Positions 47,959 through 57,197 are shown, numbered from the stretch's first letter. The stretch is 64,000 bases of DNA from Steroidobacteraceae bacterium (GCA_017853175.1 JAFMKA010000002.1:41651-105650), one strand, 5' to 3'. Numbers and translations are program-made. The notes: generated by a model not told the origin, from the sequence alone.

Positions 47959-49095
47959 ATGAGCCCCGCCGATCATCTCGCTCCGGTTTTTGCGCAATAC
48001 CCCATTGAAGTCGTCGATGCGGAAGGCGTCTGGCTACATACGCGCGATGGCCGCCGTGTACTCGATCTGTATGGCGGTCACGCCGTCGCGGCACTCGGCT
48101 ACAAGCATCCGGGCTGGACGAGCGCGCTAACTCGACAGGCCAACGCCTGCAGCTTTCAGAGTAATGCTGTACCCATGGATGTACGAGTGCGCGCTGCCAC
48201 TCGCCTTGCACGCTTCGCAGGTGATCACTTCGACAGCATTTTTTTTGTGAACTCTGGCGCTGAAGCTAACGAGAACGCGCTACGAATGGCGTTCAAGATG
48301 ACGCGCCGCTCCAAAGTTATTGCCATCGAAGGGGCGTTTCATGGACGGACCGCTGCAGCCGGCGCAGTGACCTGGGGTGCAGACAAAAAATGGTACGAGT
48401 TCCCGCGTCCGCCCTTCGATATCGGCTGGATACCACGTCGCGACGTAAGCGCGATCGCGAGTCAGGTCGATTCCGAAACGGCGGCGGTCATCGTCGAACC
48501 GGTTCAGGGTGTCGGCGGTGCCTTCGACATGGGTCGCGAATTCCTCGCCGCCCTTCGCGCCCGCTGCAACGAGACCGGCACCGTGCTCATCTTCGACGAA
48601 GTGCAGATCGGCGTCGGCCGTAGTGGTCAGCCCTTCGCGGCTCAATTTTATGACGTCATGCCAGACATGATCACTACCGCCAAAGCGCTCGGTAACGGCT
48701 TCCCGTGCGGCGCCTTGCTCATGACGCCTCGCGTCACGGACGCGCTCAAGCTGGAAGGACTCGGCACGACCTTCGGTGGCGGACCGATGGCGTGCGCAGC
48801 CATCGAGGCGGTGATCGAAGCGATCGAGGACGAAAAACTTCTCGAAAACGTTCGTCGCGTCGCGAAGTACTTGCGCGACACCTGCACCGTGGGTCCCGTC
48901 ACAGGTCACCAGGGTGCCGGTTTCTTACACGGTCTGATTTGCTCACGGCCGGCCAAAGATATTCAAAAGACCCTGCTCGAAAGAAACATTCTCGTCGGCA
49001 CGAGTGGCGATCCGAATGTCGTCCGACTCTTGCCTCCGTACATTCTTCAAGAAAAACACGTTGACCTCCTCAGAGAGGCCTTGCTAGACCTATGA
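47959..49095 (+). CDS. argD: acyl-ornithine aminotransferase (class III PLP aminotransferase)
   Basis: GGHAVAALGY, FFVNSGAEANE, IFDEVQIGVGRSG and TTAKALGNGFP (PLP lysine), in arg operon context. Confidence 0.85.
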   Translation: MSPADHLAPVFAQYPIEVVDAEGVWLHTRDGRRVLDLYGGHAVAALGYKHPGWTSALTRQANACSFQSNAVPMDVRVRAATRLARFAGDHFDSIFFVNSGAEANENALRMAFKMTRRSKVIAIEGAFHGRTAAAGAVTWGADKKWYEFPRPPFDIGWIPRRDVSAIASQVDSETAAVIVEPVQGVGGAFDMGREFLAALRARCNETGTVLIFDEVQIGVGRSGQPFAAQFYDVMPDMITTAKALGNGFPCGALLMTPRVTDALKLEGLGTTFGGGPMACAAIEAVIEAIEDEKLLENVRRVAKYLRDTCTVGPVTGHQGAGFLHGLICSRPAKDIQKTLLERNILVGTSGDPNVVRLLPPYILQEKHVDLLREALLDL

Positions 49096-50105
49096 AACGA
49101 TTTCTCGATCTCGCCGATTTCAGTCGTGAGGAGATCCTCGATCTGCTCGCGCTCGCCCGTCGCCTCGAAGAACACCCCGAGCCGCGCGCGCTCGCTGGGA
49201 AGATTCTCGGACTCGTGTTCTTTAACCCCTCGCTGCGCACGCTTTCGTCCTTTCAGGTCGGAATGATGCGACTCGGAGGGCAATCCTTCGTGATCACACC
49301 GGGACAGGGAACTTGGCAACTAGAAACACGCACGGGAGCGATCATGAACGGTGCGGCTGCCGAGCATGTGCGCGAAGGGCTCCCCGTACTCGCATCTTAT
49401 GCCGATGCGCTCGGCATCCGAGCGTTCGCAGAGGGCAAAGATCTTCGTCATGATTTGGCCGAGACCAACTTCAAAGCGATGTCGTCGGTCGTCGACAAGC
49501 CGCTCATTAATCTCGAGTCGGCGATGAATCACCCATGTCAGGCGCTCGCCGACTGGAAGACGCTAGAAGATCTTAGAGTTCCGCAGCGTGCGAAGTTCGT
49601 GCTGACCTGGGCGAATCATCCGCGCGTCACACCGCTCGCCGTTCCCGCCGCCACCGTGCACATGGCGGCTCAGCGCGGCATGGAGGTCGTTGTACTTCGC
49701 CCCGAGGGATTCGCGCTCCCGCCAGAAATCATGGATAAAGCGCGCGCGGCTGCAGCAGCGTCCGGCGGCTCGGTCCGCGAAACCAATGATCGATCGGAAG
49801 CGCTGAACGGCGCTCACGTGGTGTACGCCAAAGAATGGGGCTCGACAACGCACTATGGCGACTCCGTCGGCGACGCCACGCTACGCGCGGGCCTCACCGA
49901 CTGGTGCGTACGCGAGAACTGGTTTTCAAAATCTGCGAGCGACTGCAAGTTCATGCATTGTCTGCCGGTGCGTCGCAACGTAGCCGTCGCGGATGAAGTA
50001 CTCGATGGCCCGCGCAGCGTAGTTCAACGCGAGGCGCACAACCGTTTACCCGCACAGATGGCGGTGCTGCACCGCATGCTTTCGAATGGAGGAGCCGAAC
50101 GATGA
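49092..50105 (+). CDS. argF': N-acyl-L-ornithine carbamoyltransferase (acetyl/succinyl-ornithine type, not classical OTC)
   Basis: FFNPSLRT replaces the OTC STRTR motif. HPCQALAD, HCLPVRRN and the overall similarity to the Xanthomonas AOTCase sequence as I remember it support the call. Confidence 0.8.
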   Translation: MKRFLDLADFSREEILDLLALARRLEEHPEPRALAGKILGLVFFNPSLRTLSSFQVGMMRLGGQSFVITPGQGTWQLETRTGAIMNGAAAEHVREGLPVLASYADALGIRAFAEGKDLRHDLAETNFKAMSSVVDKPLINLESAMNHPCQALADWKTLEDLRVPQRAKFVLTWANHPRVTPLAVPAATVHMAAQRGMEVVVLRPEGFALPPEIMDKARAAAAASGGSVRETNDRSEALNGAHVVYAKEWGSTTHYGDSVGDATLRAGLTDWCVRENWFSKSASDCKFMHCLPVRRNVAVADEVLDGPRSVVQREAHNRLPAQMAVLHRMLSNGGAER

Positions 50106-51049
50106 TCATGCACAGAGCCGACCCCGCCGCCGTCATCCGGGCGCTGCGTAGCGCGGCCCCGTATATCCGCCTATATAAGGGTAAAACTTTCGTTGTGAAA
50201 GCAGGCGGTGGTGTGTTCGGTGATCCCGATGCCACGAGAGGGCTGATCGAGCAAATCGCCATTCTTCACTCGCTCGGAATCCGTGTCGTGTTCGTGCACG
50301 GCGGCGGGCCGCAGCTCACCGAAGTGACCGAAAAGCTCGGTGTACCCACTCAAATGGTGGAAGGTCGGCGCGTCACCGACGCGCGCTCCATCGATGCCAC
50401 CGCTATGGTGCTTTCGGGGCTCATCAATACACGCATCCTCGCGACCTGTCGCGAACTCGAGATTCGAGCGATCGGTCTCAGCGGAGTTGACGCGGGTCTC
50501 ATCCAGGCTCACAAGCGTGCTCCCGTTAAACTGCAAACGGGCGATGCGACCATCGACTACGGTTTCGTGGGCGATATCGACTACATCGATACCGACGTGC
50601 TGCGTAAATTGCTCGATAACGGACTCATGCCGGTGATCTCGCCGCTTTCCAGCGACGGTTCCGGCACCTTGCTGAACATCAATGCCGATACGGTCGCCTC
50701 GGCCATCGGTGCAGCACTCGGGGCGGAGAAGCTCATTCTTTGTACCGGCGCACCGGGCATCCTCGAACGTGTCGAAGATCCCTCGTCGGTCATTTCGTAC
50801 ACCGATCTCGCAGGCGTCAAACGCCTGCGGGACGAGAAGCGCATCATCGACGGCATGCTGCCAAAAGCTAAAGCTATCGAGAATGCCATTCAGGGTGGTG
50901 TCAAACGGGTTCACGTCATCTCTTATAAATCGCCCGATGCCATCCTCGCCGAGGTATTCACCAACGAGGGAACCGGCACGCTCGTCGTCGCGGACATCGG
51001 TAAGCTCGCCCCGGCCGAGCTCGCGGCTGGCAGCGTCGCGAAGCCATGA
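50102..51049 (+). CDS. argB: acetylglutamate kinase (kinase domain only, no fused GNAT)
   Basis: Amino-acid-kinase fold: FVVKAGGG, VFVHGGGPQ, NINADTVA. 315 aa, so there is no room for a C-terminal NAGS domain. Confidence 0.9.
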   Translation: MIMHRADPAAVIRALRSAAPYIRLYKGKTFVVKAGGGVFGDPDATRGLIEQIAILHSLGIRVVFVHGGGPQLTEVTEKLGVPTQMVEGRRVTDARSIDATAMVLSGLINTRILATCRELEIRAIGLSGVDAGLIQAHKRAPVKLQTGDATIDYGFVGDIDYIDTDVLRKLLDNGLMPVISPLSSDGSGTLLNINADTVASAIGAALGAEKLILCTGAPGILERVEDPSSVISYTDLAGVKRLRDEKRIIDGMLPKAKAIENAIQGGVKRVHVISYKSPDAILAEVFTNEGTGTLVVADIGKLAPAELAAGSVAKP

Positions 51050-52251
51050 GCCGGCTATGGGACAAAGGCGCGCCGCTCGATGAGCGGGTGCTCGCCTTCA
51101 CGGCGGGAGAAGATCACGCGCTCGACGAACGACTTGTCCCCTATGACGCCCGCGCCTCGATCGCACACGCGCAAATGCTGAACGATCAAGGTCTGCTCTC
51201 GGATGCCGATTGCGAAGCCATCGAGAATGGCCTCGAAGCACTGGCCGCATCACATGCTAAAGGCGAGTGGAAGATCGAGCTCTCTGACGAGGACGGTCAG
51301 ACCGCGCTCGAGCGGCGCCTCACTGCAAAAATAGGTGAAGCCGGTGGTCGCGTTCACCTCGGACGCTCTCGTAACGATCAAGTACTGACGGCGCTGCGCC
51401 TTTACTTGCGTGATGTCACCGAGCAACTGGCGCAAGGGGCAGAAGACGTGGCCGCAGCGCTCGATCGTCTTGCTGCGCGCCAAGGCGATATCGAATTGCC
51501 GGGCTACACTCACATGCAGCAGGCGATGCCGAGTTCCGTCGGTCTCTGGGCTAACGGTTTTTCAGCAGAGCTACGTGACGACGCGTCGGGCTTGCGTGCC
51601 GTGCAACGGCGCCTCGGAAAAAATCCGCTCGGCTCGGCGGCGGGCTATGGCACGCCAGGCCTGCCCATCGATCGAGAGTCGACTCGTCAGGCGCTCGACT
51701 TCGACGAGACTCATGAGCCGGTCACGGCAGTGCAACTTTCGCGTGGCAAAGCCGAAGCACAGCTGCTTTTCGAAATCACCTTGCTGATGCAAGACCTCGG
51801 GCGCTTTGCTACCGATACCTGTCTCTTTTACACGCAGGAGTTTGCCTTCCTCGAACTACCCGATGAATTCACAACGGGCTCTTCGATCATGCCGCAAAAG
51901 CGCAATCCTGACGTATTCGAACTGCTGCGCGCTCGAACCGCATCGGCACATGGCTGCCTAGTCGAAGCACTCGGGATCTTCGCCAAATTGCCGTCGGGTT
52001 ATCAGCGCGATCTGCAGTTGCTCAAGGCACCGCTCTTTCGCGGCATCGATCTCGCTCTCGCGAGCACTTCGATCATTGCTCCGGCCATCCATGCGATGGC
52101 CTTCAAGCCAGAGAACATCATGATGGATCCGGCGATTCACGCCGCCGAACGTGCCAACGAACTCGTCGTGAAAGAAGGCATCCCCTTCAGAGAGGCTTAC
52201 CGACGAGTCGGCGCGGCGCTACGCACCGACAACGCAGGTAGCAAATCGTGA
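51046..52251 (+). CDS. argH: argininosuccinate lyase (short form, 401 aa)
   Basis: Fumarate-lyase family: GRSRNDQV, TGSSIMPQKRNPD signature. ATGA overlap with argB. Confidence 0.9.
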   Translation: MSRLWDKGAPLDERVLAFTAGEDHALDERLVPYDARASIAHAQMLNDQGLLSDADCEAIENGLEALAASHAKGEWKIELSDEDGQTALERRLTAKIGEAGGRVHLGRSRNDQVLTALRLYLRDVTEQLAQGAEDVAAALDRLAARQGDIELPGYTHMQQAMPSSVGLWANGFSAELRDDASGLRAVQRRLGKNPLGSAAGYGTPGLPIDRESTRQALDFDETHEPVTAVQLSRGKAEAQLLFEITLLMQDLGRFATDTCLFYTQEFAFLELPDEFTTGSSIMPQKRNPDVFELLRARTASAHGCLVEALGIFAKLPSGYQRDLQLLKAPLFRGIDLALASTSIIAPAIHAMAFKPENIMMDPAIHAAERANELVVKEGIPFREAYRRVGAALRTDNAGSKS

Positions 52252-52688
52252 AAGGGCAAAGAATTTCCTGGCGCCCGGAGGCGACTCTCGCGGCGATGAA
52301 TGCGAAAGCCCACGACACCATGGTCGAAATGCTTGGTATCGTGCTCACCGAGGTAGGAGACGACTATCTCAAAGGTACGATGCCAGTCACCTCGCGCAAC
52401 TGCCAACCGATGCGGATCTTGCACGGCGGCGCGTCGGTTGCGTTTGCAGAGTCTTTGGCGAGCATCGCTGCCAATTGGTCTCTCAACGACGAGCAGGCGG
52501 CGGTCGGTCAAGAAATCAACGCTAATCACCTACGTCCTGCGCGCGAGGGCGAGACCGTGACGGGTATCACGCGACTCGTTCATGCGGGTGCCCGTAGCCA
52601 AGTCTGGACGATCGATATCTACAACGAGCAGGGCCAGCCCGTTTGCATTTCTCGAATCACCATCGCCATCATCAAGCGACGCTCATGA
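52248..52688 (+). CDS. PaaI/YbdB-type hotdog-fold thioesterase
   Basis: GTG overlaps the argH TGA. MPVTSRNCQPMRILHGGASVAFAESLAS is typical of PaaI-family thioesterases. Confidence 0.75.
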   Translation: MKGQRISWRPEATLAAMNAKAHDTMVEMLGIVLTEVGDDYLKGTMPVTSRNCQPMRILHGGASVAFAESLASIAANWSLNDEQAAVGQEINANHLRPAREGETVTGITRLVHAGARSQVWTIDIYNEQGQPVCISRITIAIIKRRS

Positions 52689-53092
52689 ACGATCTCCAAC
52701 GAACACCCGATCCGTCCCTACTGACCTGGACACATGTCATCTACGGACTGCATGCGCTATCGGTGCTGATTGGCATCACAGGGCCCGCAACGATTGTCGG
52801 TAGTTTTATCTTTGGTCTGCCATCCATCGCAGCGGTCATCATGAACTACGCACGGCGACGTGACGTCGCCGACACCTGGCTCGCCTCCCACTTCACGTGG
52901 CAAATCCGGACGTTTTGGATCGCCTTTATCGCAAGTGCTTTGGTGCTCATTATTTCGGCACCACTGATGTTGATCCTCGTCGGCTTCGCCACCGCCGCGA
53001 TCGGCTTCCTGATCGTCGGCGCCTGGGTGCTCTATCGCGTGGCTCGTGGCTGGCTCGCCTTGCGCGATGGCCGAACGATGTCCGTGCCATGA
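52685..53092 (+). CDS. small integral membrane protein (DUF4870-like layout)
   Basis: Trimmed to ATG 52685 (ATGA overlap). Four predicted TM helices. Family assignment is tentative. Confidence 0.55.
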   Translation: MNDLQRTPDPSLLTWTHVIYGLHALSVLIGITGPATIVGSFIFGLPSIAAVIMNYARRRDVADTWLASHFTWQIRTFWIAFIASALVLIISAPLMLILVGFATAAIGFLIVGAWVLYRVARGWLALRDGRTMSVP

Positions 53093-53289
53093 GTGTCATC
53101 TTCAAATGGATGGCCGCAGTCGCACTCGCGCTGCTGCTTTCAGCCTGCGGACAAACGGGTCCGCTCTATCTGCCGGACCAACCCCAACAAGTCATCATCC
53201 GAGAGCGTGAGACTCGCACGGCGCCGTCCACCCCGGACGTCCCTGCTCAATCAACAGCCGAACCGAGGGCCGATCCTCGTAGCCTCTGA
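53089..53289 (+). CDS. lptM: LptM (YifL)-like small lipoprotein
   Basis: Trimmed to ATG 53089 (ATGA overlap). The lipobox plus signature LLLSACGQTGPLYLPD matches the YifL/LptM pattern GCGxKGPLYLP. 66 aa. Confidence 0.65.
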   Translation: MSVIFKWMAAVALALLLSACGQTGPLYLPDQPQQVIIRERETRTAPSTPDVPAQSTAEPRADPRSL

Positions 53290-53348
53290 CCGACCCCTCG
53301 GTTTTCCGCAGCATCGATTTTTTCTTTGTCTGCCTATGATGGCAGGCG

Positions 53349-53819
53349 ATGTCCACCCTGGTCGCCGAACTCCGTTGTCACGCTCCTACTCCATCACGCG
53401 TCGCGCCTCGAATGGGCGTGTCTTCCCGCGACTCTCGGCAACGGCATCGCGCGATCGTGATGCTGAGCCTCTTTGGGTTCGTGTTACTGCGTACGCTCAC
53501 AATCTGTCACGAGCCCGGATCTCCCTCGAGCGCTCGCAGCGGGACACAAGCGGGCATCGATGCATTAATTTCGAGTGCATTTTGCGGCACGCTCGATGCT
53601 CCCATCAGCTCGCGCAACGAAGGAACGCCTTCTCACGCTTCGAGCGCGATGTGTTTGCACTGCGCAAGCGGCTGCCACGGCGTGACAGCATTCAGAACGT
53701 TCTGGATCGTGCTGGCTTTCGGTCTCACTGTGCGTCACTTAATGAGAATCAATCTCGATAAGATGCAACGCACTGCGCATCATCGCGACAATAAAGTCCG
53801 AGGTCCGCCCGCCGGTTGA
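53349..53819 (+). CDS. possible small Cys/His-rich membrane protein (start uncertain; DUF2946-like layout?)
   Basis: Moderate GC3. One N-terminal TM (AIVMLSLFGFVLLRTL) and one C-terminal TM. The central FCGT...MCLHCASGCHG cluster stands out. It overlaps another plus-frame ORF and has no clear RBS. Confidence 0.3.
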   Translation: MSTLVAELRCHAPTPSRVAPRMGVSSRDSRQRHRAIVMLSLFGFVLLRTLTICHEPGSPSSARSGTQAGIDALISSAFCGTLDAPISSRNEGTPSHASSAMCLHCASGCHGVTAFRTFWIVLAFGLTVRHLMRINLDKMQRTAHHRDNKVRGPPAG

Positions 53820-53872
53820 GACGACGCGTATAATTACGTCGTTACTCGACCTCTCACCAAAAGGATTTGCCC

Positions 53873-54229
53873 ATGAAGTCTGACAAGCTCTCTCGCCGTC
53901 AGGTACTCGGTGCCACCGTGCTGGGTCTGCCGGCCATTCCGGTCGTCGTCGACACCGCTTTCGCGCAAGCTAAGCCGGCCGCCGGCGCTCTGCCCGTTCT
54001 CAGCCCGACTGAGCCGGCTGCCAAAGCCCTCGGTTATACCGAGGACTCCAAAAAGGTCGACCAGAAAGCCAACCCGAACCACAAGCCCGAGCAACATTGC
54101 GGCAACTGCCTGCAGTGGGCCGACAAAGATCGCAAGGCTCCGCTCGCCAAGTGCAACCTCTTCCCGGGCAAGCTCGTGAAGAACCCGGCCTGGTGCAAAG
54201 TTTGGGTCAAGGCTCCCGGCGTCGCCTGA
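53873..54229 (+). CDS. high-potential iron-sulfur protein (HiPIP), Tat-exported
   Basis: Trimmed to ATG 53873 with AAAGGA upstream. Twin-arginine signal LSRRQVLGATVLG. Four Cys in the HiPIP spacing CGNC...C...WC. Confidence 0.85.
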   Translation: MKSDKLSRRQVLGATVLGLPAIPVVVDTAFAQAKPAAGALPVLSPTEPAAKALGYTEDSKKVDQKANPNHKPEQHCGNCLQWADKDRKAPLAKCNLFPGKLVKNPAWCKVWVKAPGVA

Positions 54230-54241
54230 TTCGTCCGCCAC

Positions 54242-54289
54242 GAACGCCGGGCCGCGTGAGTCTTCTCGCGCTGCCCGGCGTTCTCTTTT
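54242..54289 (+). terminator. Rho-independent terminator after the HiPIP gene
   Basis: GAACGCCGGGC (54242-52) pairs with GCCCGGCGTTC (54273-83), followed by TCTTTT. Confidence 0.6.
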
Positions 54290-54309
54290 AAGGGCATGAT
54301 TGCCGCCGC

Positions 54310-57096
54310 ATGAGTGCCTTACCGACTTCGCCGCCCGATCTCGTCCTCGTAGACGGGTCCTCCTATCTCTATCGCGCCTTCCACGCGCTTCCGCCGCTCA
54401 CCAACTCGAAAGGCGAGCCTACCGGCGCCGTGCTCGGCGTGATCAACATGCTGCTCAAGCTGATGCGCGAAACTGCGCCGGCTCGATTTGCCGTCGTATT
54501 CGATGCGCCAGGAAAAACGTTCCGCGACGAGCTCTTCGCGGAATACAAATCGCATCGACCACCGATGCCCGACGATTTACGTTCGCAAGTCGAACCCTTG
54601 CTCGAAGTCGTTCGCGCGCTCGGTCTGCCTTTGCTGCGAATTTCTGGAGTCGAGGCCGACGATGTCATAGGCACCCTCGCCCGACGCGCATCGAGCACGG
54701 GGCAAAACGTTCTGATTTCGACGGGCGACAAAGATATGTGCCAACTCGTCGAACCGCGCATCACTCTCGTCAATACGATGAGCGGCAGCCTTTACGATCG
54801 TGAGGGGGTGAAAGCGAAATTCGATGTATGGCCTGAGCAAATCATCGATTACCTCGCATTGGTCGGCGACAGTTCAGACAACATTCCGGGCATCGATAAA
54901 GTCGGACCGAAAACCGCGGCGAAGTGGCTAGGGCAATACCAAACGCTCGATCAGCTCATCGCGAACGCCCACGAGGTGACGGGGAAAGTTGGCGACAACT
55001 TACGCGCGGGCCTCGAAACACTCGAGCTGTCTCGAAAACTCGCAACGATTCGGGGTGATCTCGAATTGCCGATCGAAGCCGAGACGCTCGACCGCAGACC
55101 CGCCGATGACGAGACCCTACGCTCGCTATACACGCGCCTCGAATTCCGAGCATTACTGCGTACACTCGACGGCGGCAAAGAATCGGACGACTCCAACGGA
55201 AGCCCCGCGGGGACGAAAACTGCACAAAGTACACCGGATGCCTCAGGTCTCGAACTTCGTCCCGATATTGCCAATGCTCCGCGGCAATACGAAACCGTAC
55301 TCGATCAAACCGCTTTCGAGCGTTGGTGCCAGACACTCGAGCGCACAGAGATCTTCGCCTTCGATACTGAAACGACCAGTCTCGATTACATGGCCGCGCA
55401 GATCGTCGGCGTCTCGTTCTGCATCGAGCCCGGTATCTCCGCTTATGTGCCCCTGAGGCACGACTATGTCGGGGCACCGGCGCAACTCGATCGCGACACC
55501 TTTCTTGCGCGTCTGAAACCTCTGCTCGAGAGCGAGTCCCATCACAAGATCGGCCACAACTTGAAATACGATGCGCACGTACTCGCCAATCACGGCATCA
55601 CACTGCGCGGCATGCGTCATGACACCATGCTCGAGTCGTATGTATGGAATAGCGTCGCCACCCGACACGATATGGACTCCGCAGCCCTGCGCTATCTAGG
55701 TCTGACGACGATCACGTATGAAGACGTCGCCGGAAAAGGCGCTAAGCAGATTTCTTTCGAGCAGGTATCCATCGAGCGCGCCGGTGAATACGCCGCCGAG
55801 GATGCTGACGTCACGCTGCGATTACATCGCACGCTTTGGCCTGCAATTACACAGCAGCCTCAACTTAAGCGTCTCTATGAAGAATTCGAGCAGCCGCTCG
55901 TCGGTGTCTTGCAGCGGATGGAAAGGCGCGGCGTGCTGATCGATCGAGAGATGCTACGCCTGCAGAGCAGCGAACTCGCACGTCGAGCCGAGGAACTCAA
56001 AGCACAGGCTCATGCGGAGGCGGGTACGGACTTCAATCTCGACTCACCCAAGCAGTTGCAGCAAATCTTGTTCGAAAAGATGCAGATTCCGGTGTTGCGA
56101 AAGACACCGACCGGTCAGCCCTCGACCGCCGAGGATGTACTTGAAGAGCTTGCGGATGCCTACGCTCTACCACGACTGATCCTGGACTATCGAAGCATCG
56201 CGAAGCTGCGCAGCACCTACACGGAAAAGCTTCCCTTGCAGGTCAATGCCGAAACCGGGCGCGTTCACACGTCTTACCATCAAGCCGTCGCGCAAACTGG
56301 TCGACTCTCGTCGACCGACCCGAACCTTCAAAATATTCCCATCCGCACACCCGAAGGGCGTCGTATTCGAAAGGCCTTCATCGCGCCGCCGAAGCACGTA
56401 TTGCTGGCTGCAGACTACTCGCAAATCGAGCTGCGGATCATGGCCCATCTGTCGGCAGACGCGGGACTGCTCGGTGCATTCGAAGCGGATCGCGACGTAC
56501 ACCAAGCCACGGCGGCAGAGGTATTCGGTGTGCCGCTCGATTCGGTATCTGCCGATCAGCGGCGATCGGCCAAGGCCATCAACTTCGGGCTCATCTACGG
56601 TATGTCCGCCTTCGGACTCGCACGGCAACTCGGCATCGACCGCAGTTCAGCTCAAAGATATGTCGATTTGTATTTCGAGCGATATCCCGGCGTGAAGGCG
56701 TACATGGATCGCACTCGAGAACAGGCCAAAGACACGGGCTTCGTCGAGACGGTCTTCGGGCGTCGTCTTTATCTGCCTGATATCCGCTCGCGCAATCGGG
56801 CCCTGCAGCAGTACGCCGAGCGCAGCGCGATCAACGCACCGATGCAGGGTACGGCGGCGGATCTCATCAAGCTCGCCATGATCCATGTCGATAGTTGGTG
56901 CGAGCGCGAATCGATGAGCAAAGCCCAACTCATCATGCAGGTGCACGACGAGCTCGTGCTCGAAGTGCGAGAGGATGCCGTCGTCGAGGTCACCGACGCC
57001 GTGCGTCGCTGCATGATCGACGCCGGCCGAAACGCGCTGCGCGTACCCCTGAAGGTGGACGTCGGTGTGGGTCAGAACTGGGACGAAGCCCACTGA
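54310..57096 (+). CDS. polA: DNA polymerase I
   Basis: 5' nuclease domain (LVDGSSYLYRAFHA), 3'-5' exo (FAFDTETTSLD) and polymerase motifs (DYSQIELR, RRSAKAINFGLIYG, QVHDEL). Confidence 0.97.
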   Translation: MSALPTSPPDLVLVDGSSYLYRAFHALPPLTNSKGEPTGAVLGVINMLLKLMRETAPARFAVVFDAPGKTFRDELFAEYKSHRPPMPDDLRSQVEPLLEVVRALGLPLLRISGVEADDVIGTLARRASSTGQNVLISTGDKDMCQLVEPRITLVNTMSGSLYDREGVKAKFDVWPEQIIDYLALVGDSSDNIPGIDKVGPKTAAKWLGQYQTLDQLIANAHEVTGKVGDNLRAGLETLELSRKLATIRGDLELPIEAETLDRRPADDETLRSLYTRLEFRALLRTLDGGKESDDSNGSPAGTKTAQSTPDASGLELRPDIANAPRQYETVLDQTAFERWCQTLERTEIFAFDTETTSLDYMAAQIVGVSFCIEPGISAYVPLRHDYVGAPAQLDRDTFLARLKPLLESESHHKIGHNLKYDAHVLANHGITLRGMRHDTMLESYVWNSVATRHDMDSAALRYLGLTTITYEDVAGKGAKQISFEQVSIERAGEYAAEDADVTLRLHRTLWPAITQQPQLKRLYEEFEQPLVGVLQRMERRGVLIDREMLRLQSSELARRAEELKAQAHAEAGTDFNLDSPKQLQQILFEKMQIPVLRKTPTGQPSTAEDVLEELADAYALPRLILDYRSIAKLRSTYTEKLPLQVNAETGRVHTSYHQAVAQTGRLSSTDPNLQNIPIRTPEGRRIRKAFIAPPKHVLLAADYSQIELRIMAHLSADAGLLGAFEADRDVHQATAAEVFGVPLDSVSADQRRSAKAINFGLIYGMSAFGLARQLGIDRSSAQRYVDLYFERYPGVKAYMDRTREQAKDTGFVETVFGRRLYLPDIRSRNRALQQYAERSAINAPMQGTAADLIKLAMIHVDSWCERESMSKAQLIMQVHDELVLEVREDAVVEVTDAVRRCMIDAGRNALRVPLKVDVGVGQNWDEAH

Positions 57097-57164
57097 TCTT
57101 TCGGTGTTGCGAGCACGCGACAGCGAAATCTATAACTCATTGATTATTAATTAATTTTATTTCT

Positions 57165-57192
57165 GAACTTTCTCAGTTCTCGGCGGGTCTTA
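57165..57192 (+). promoter_or_regulatory. candidate sigma-E/AlgU-type (ECF) promoter for the downstream sRNA
   Basis: GAACTT (57165-70), 17 nt spacer, then TCTTA (57188-92), against the consensus GAACTT-N16/17-TCnnA. It is preceded by a 35-nt AT-rich tract. Confidence 0.5.
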
Positions 57193-57197
57193 ATGCT

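Noticed and set aside
48280-50914. Minus-strand ORFs within the arg operon (48280-48909, 209 aa; 50171-50914, 247 aa).
   Set aside because: They are antisense to argD and argB, which carry unambiguous catalytic motifs. No RBS or independent motif supports them.
53093-53761. 222-aa plus-strand ORF following lptM.
   Set aside because: Arg/Ser/Pro-rich, with no hydrophobic core, start context or motif. It overlaps the somewhat more plausible 53349 frame. It is probably non-coding.
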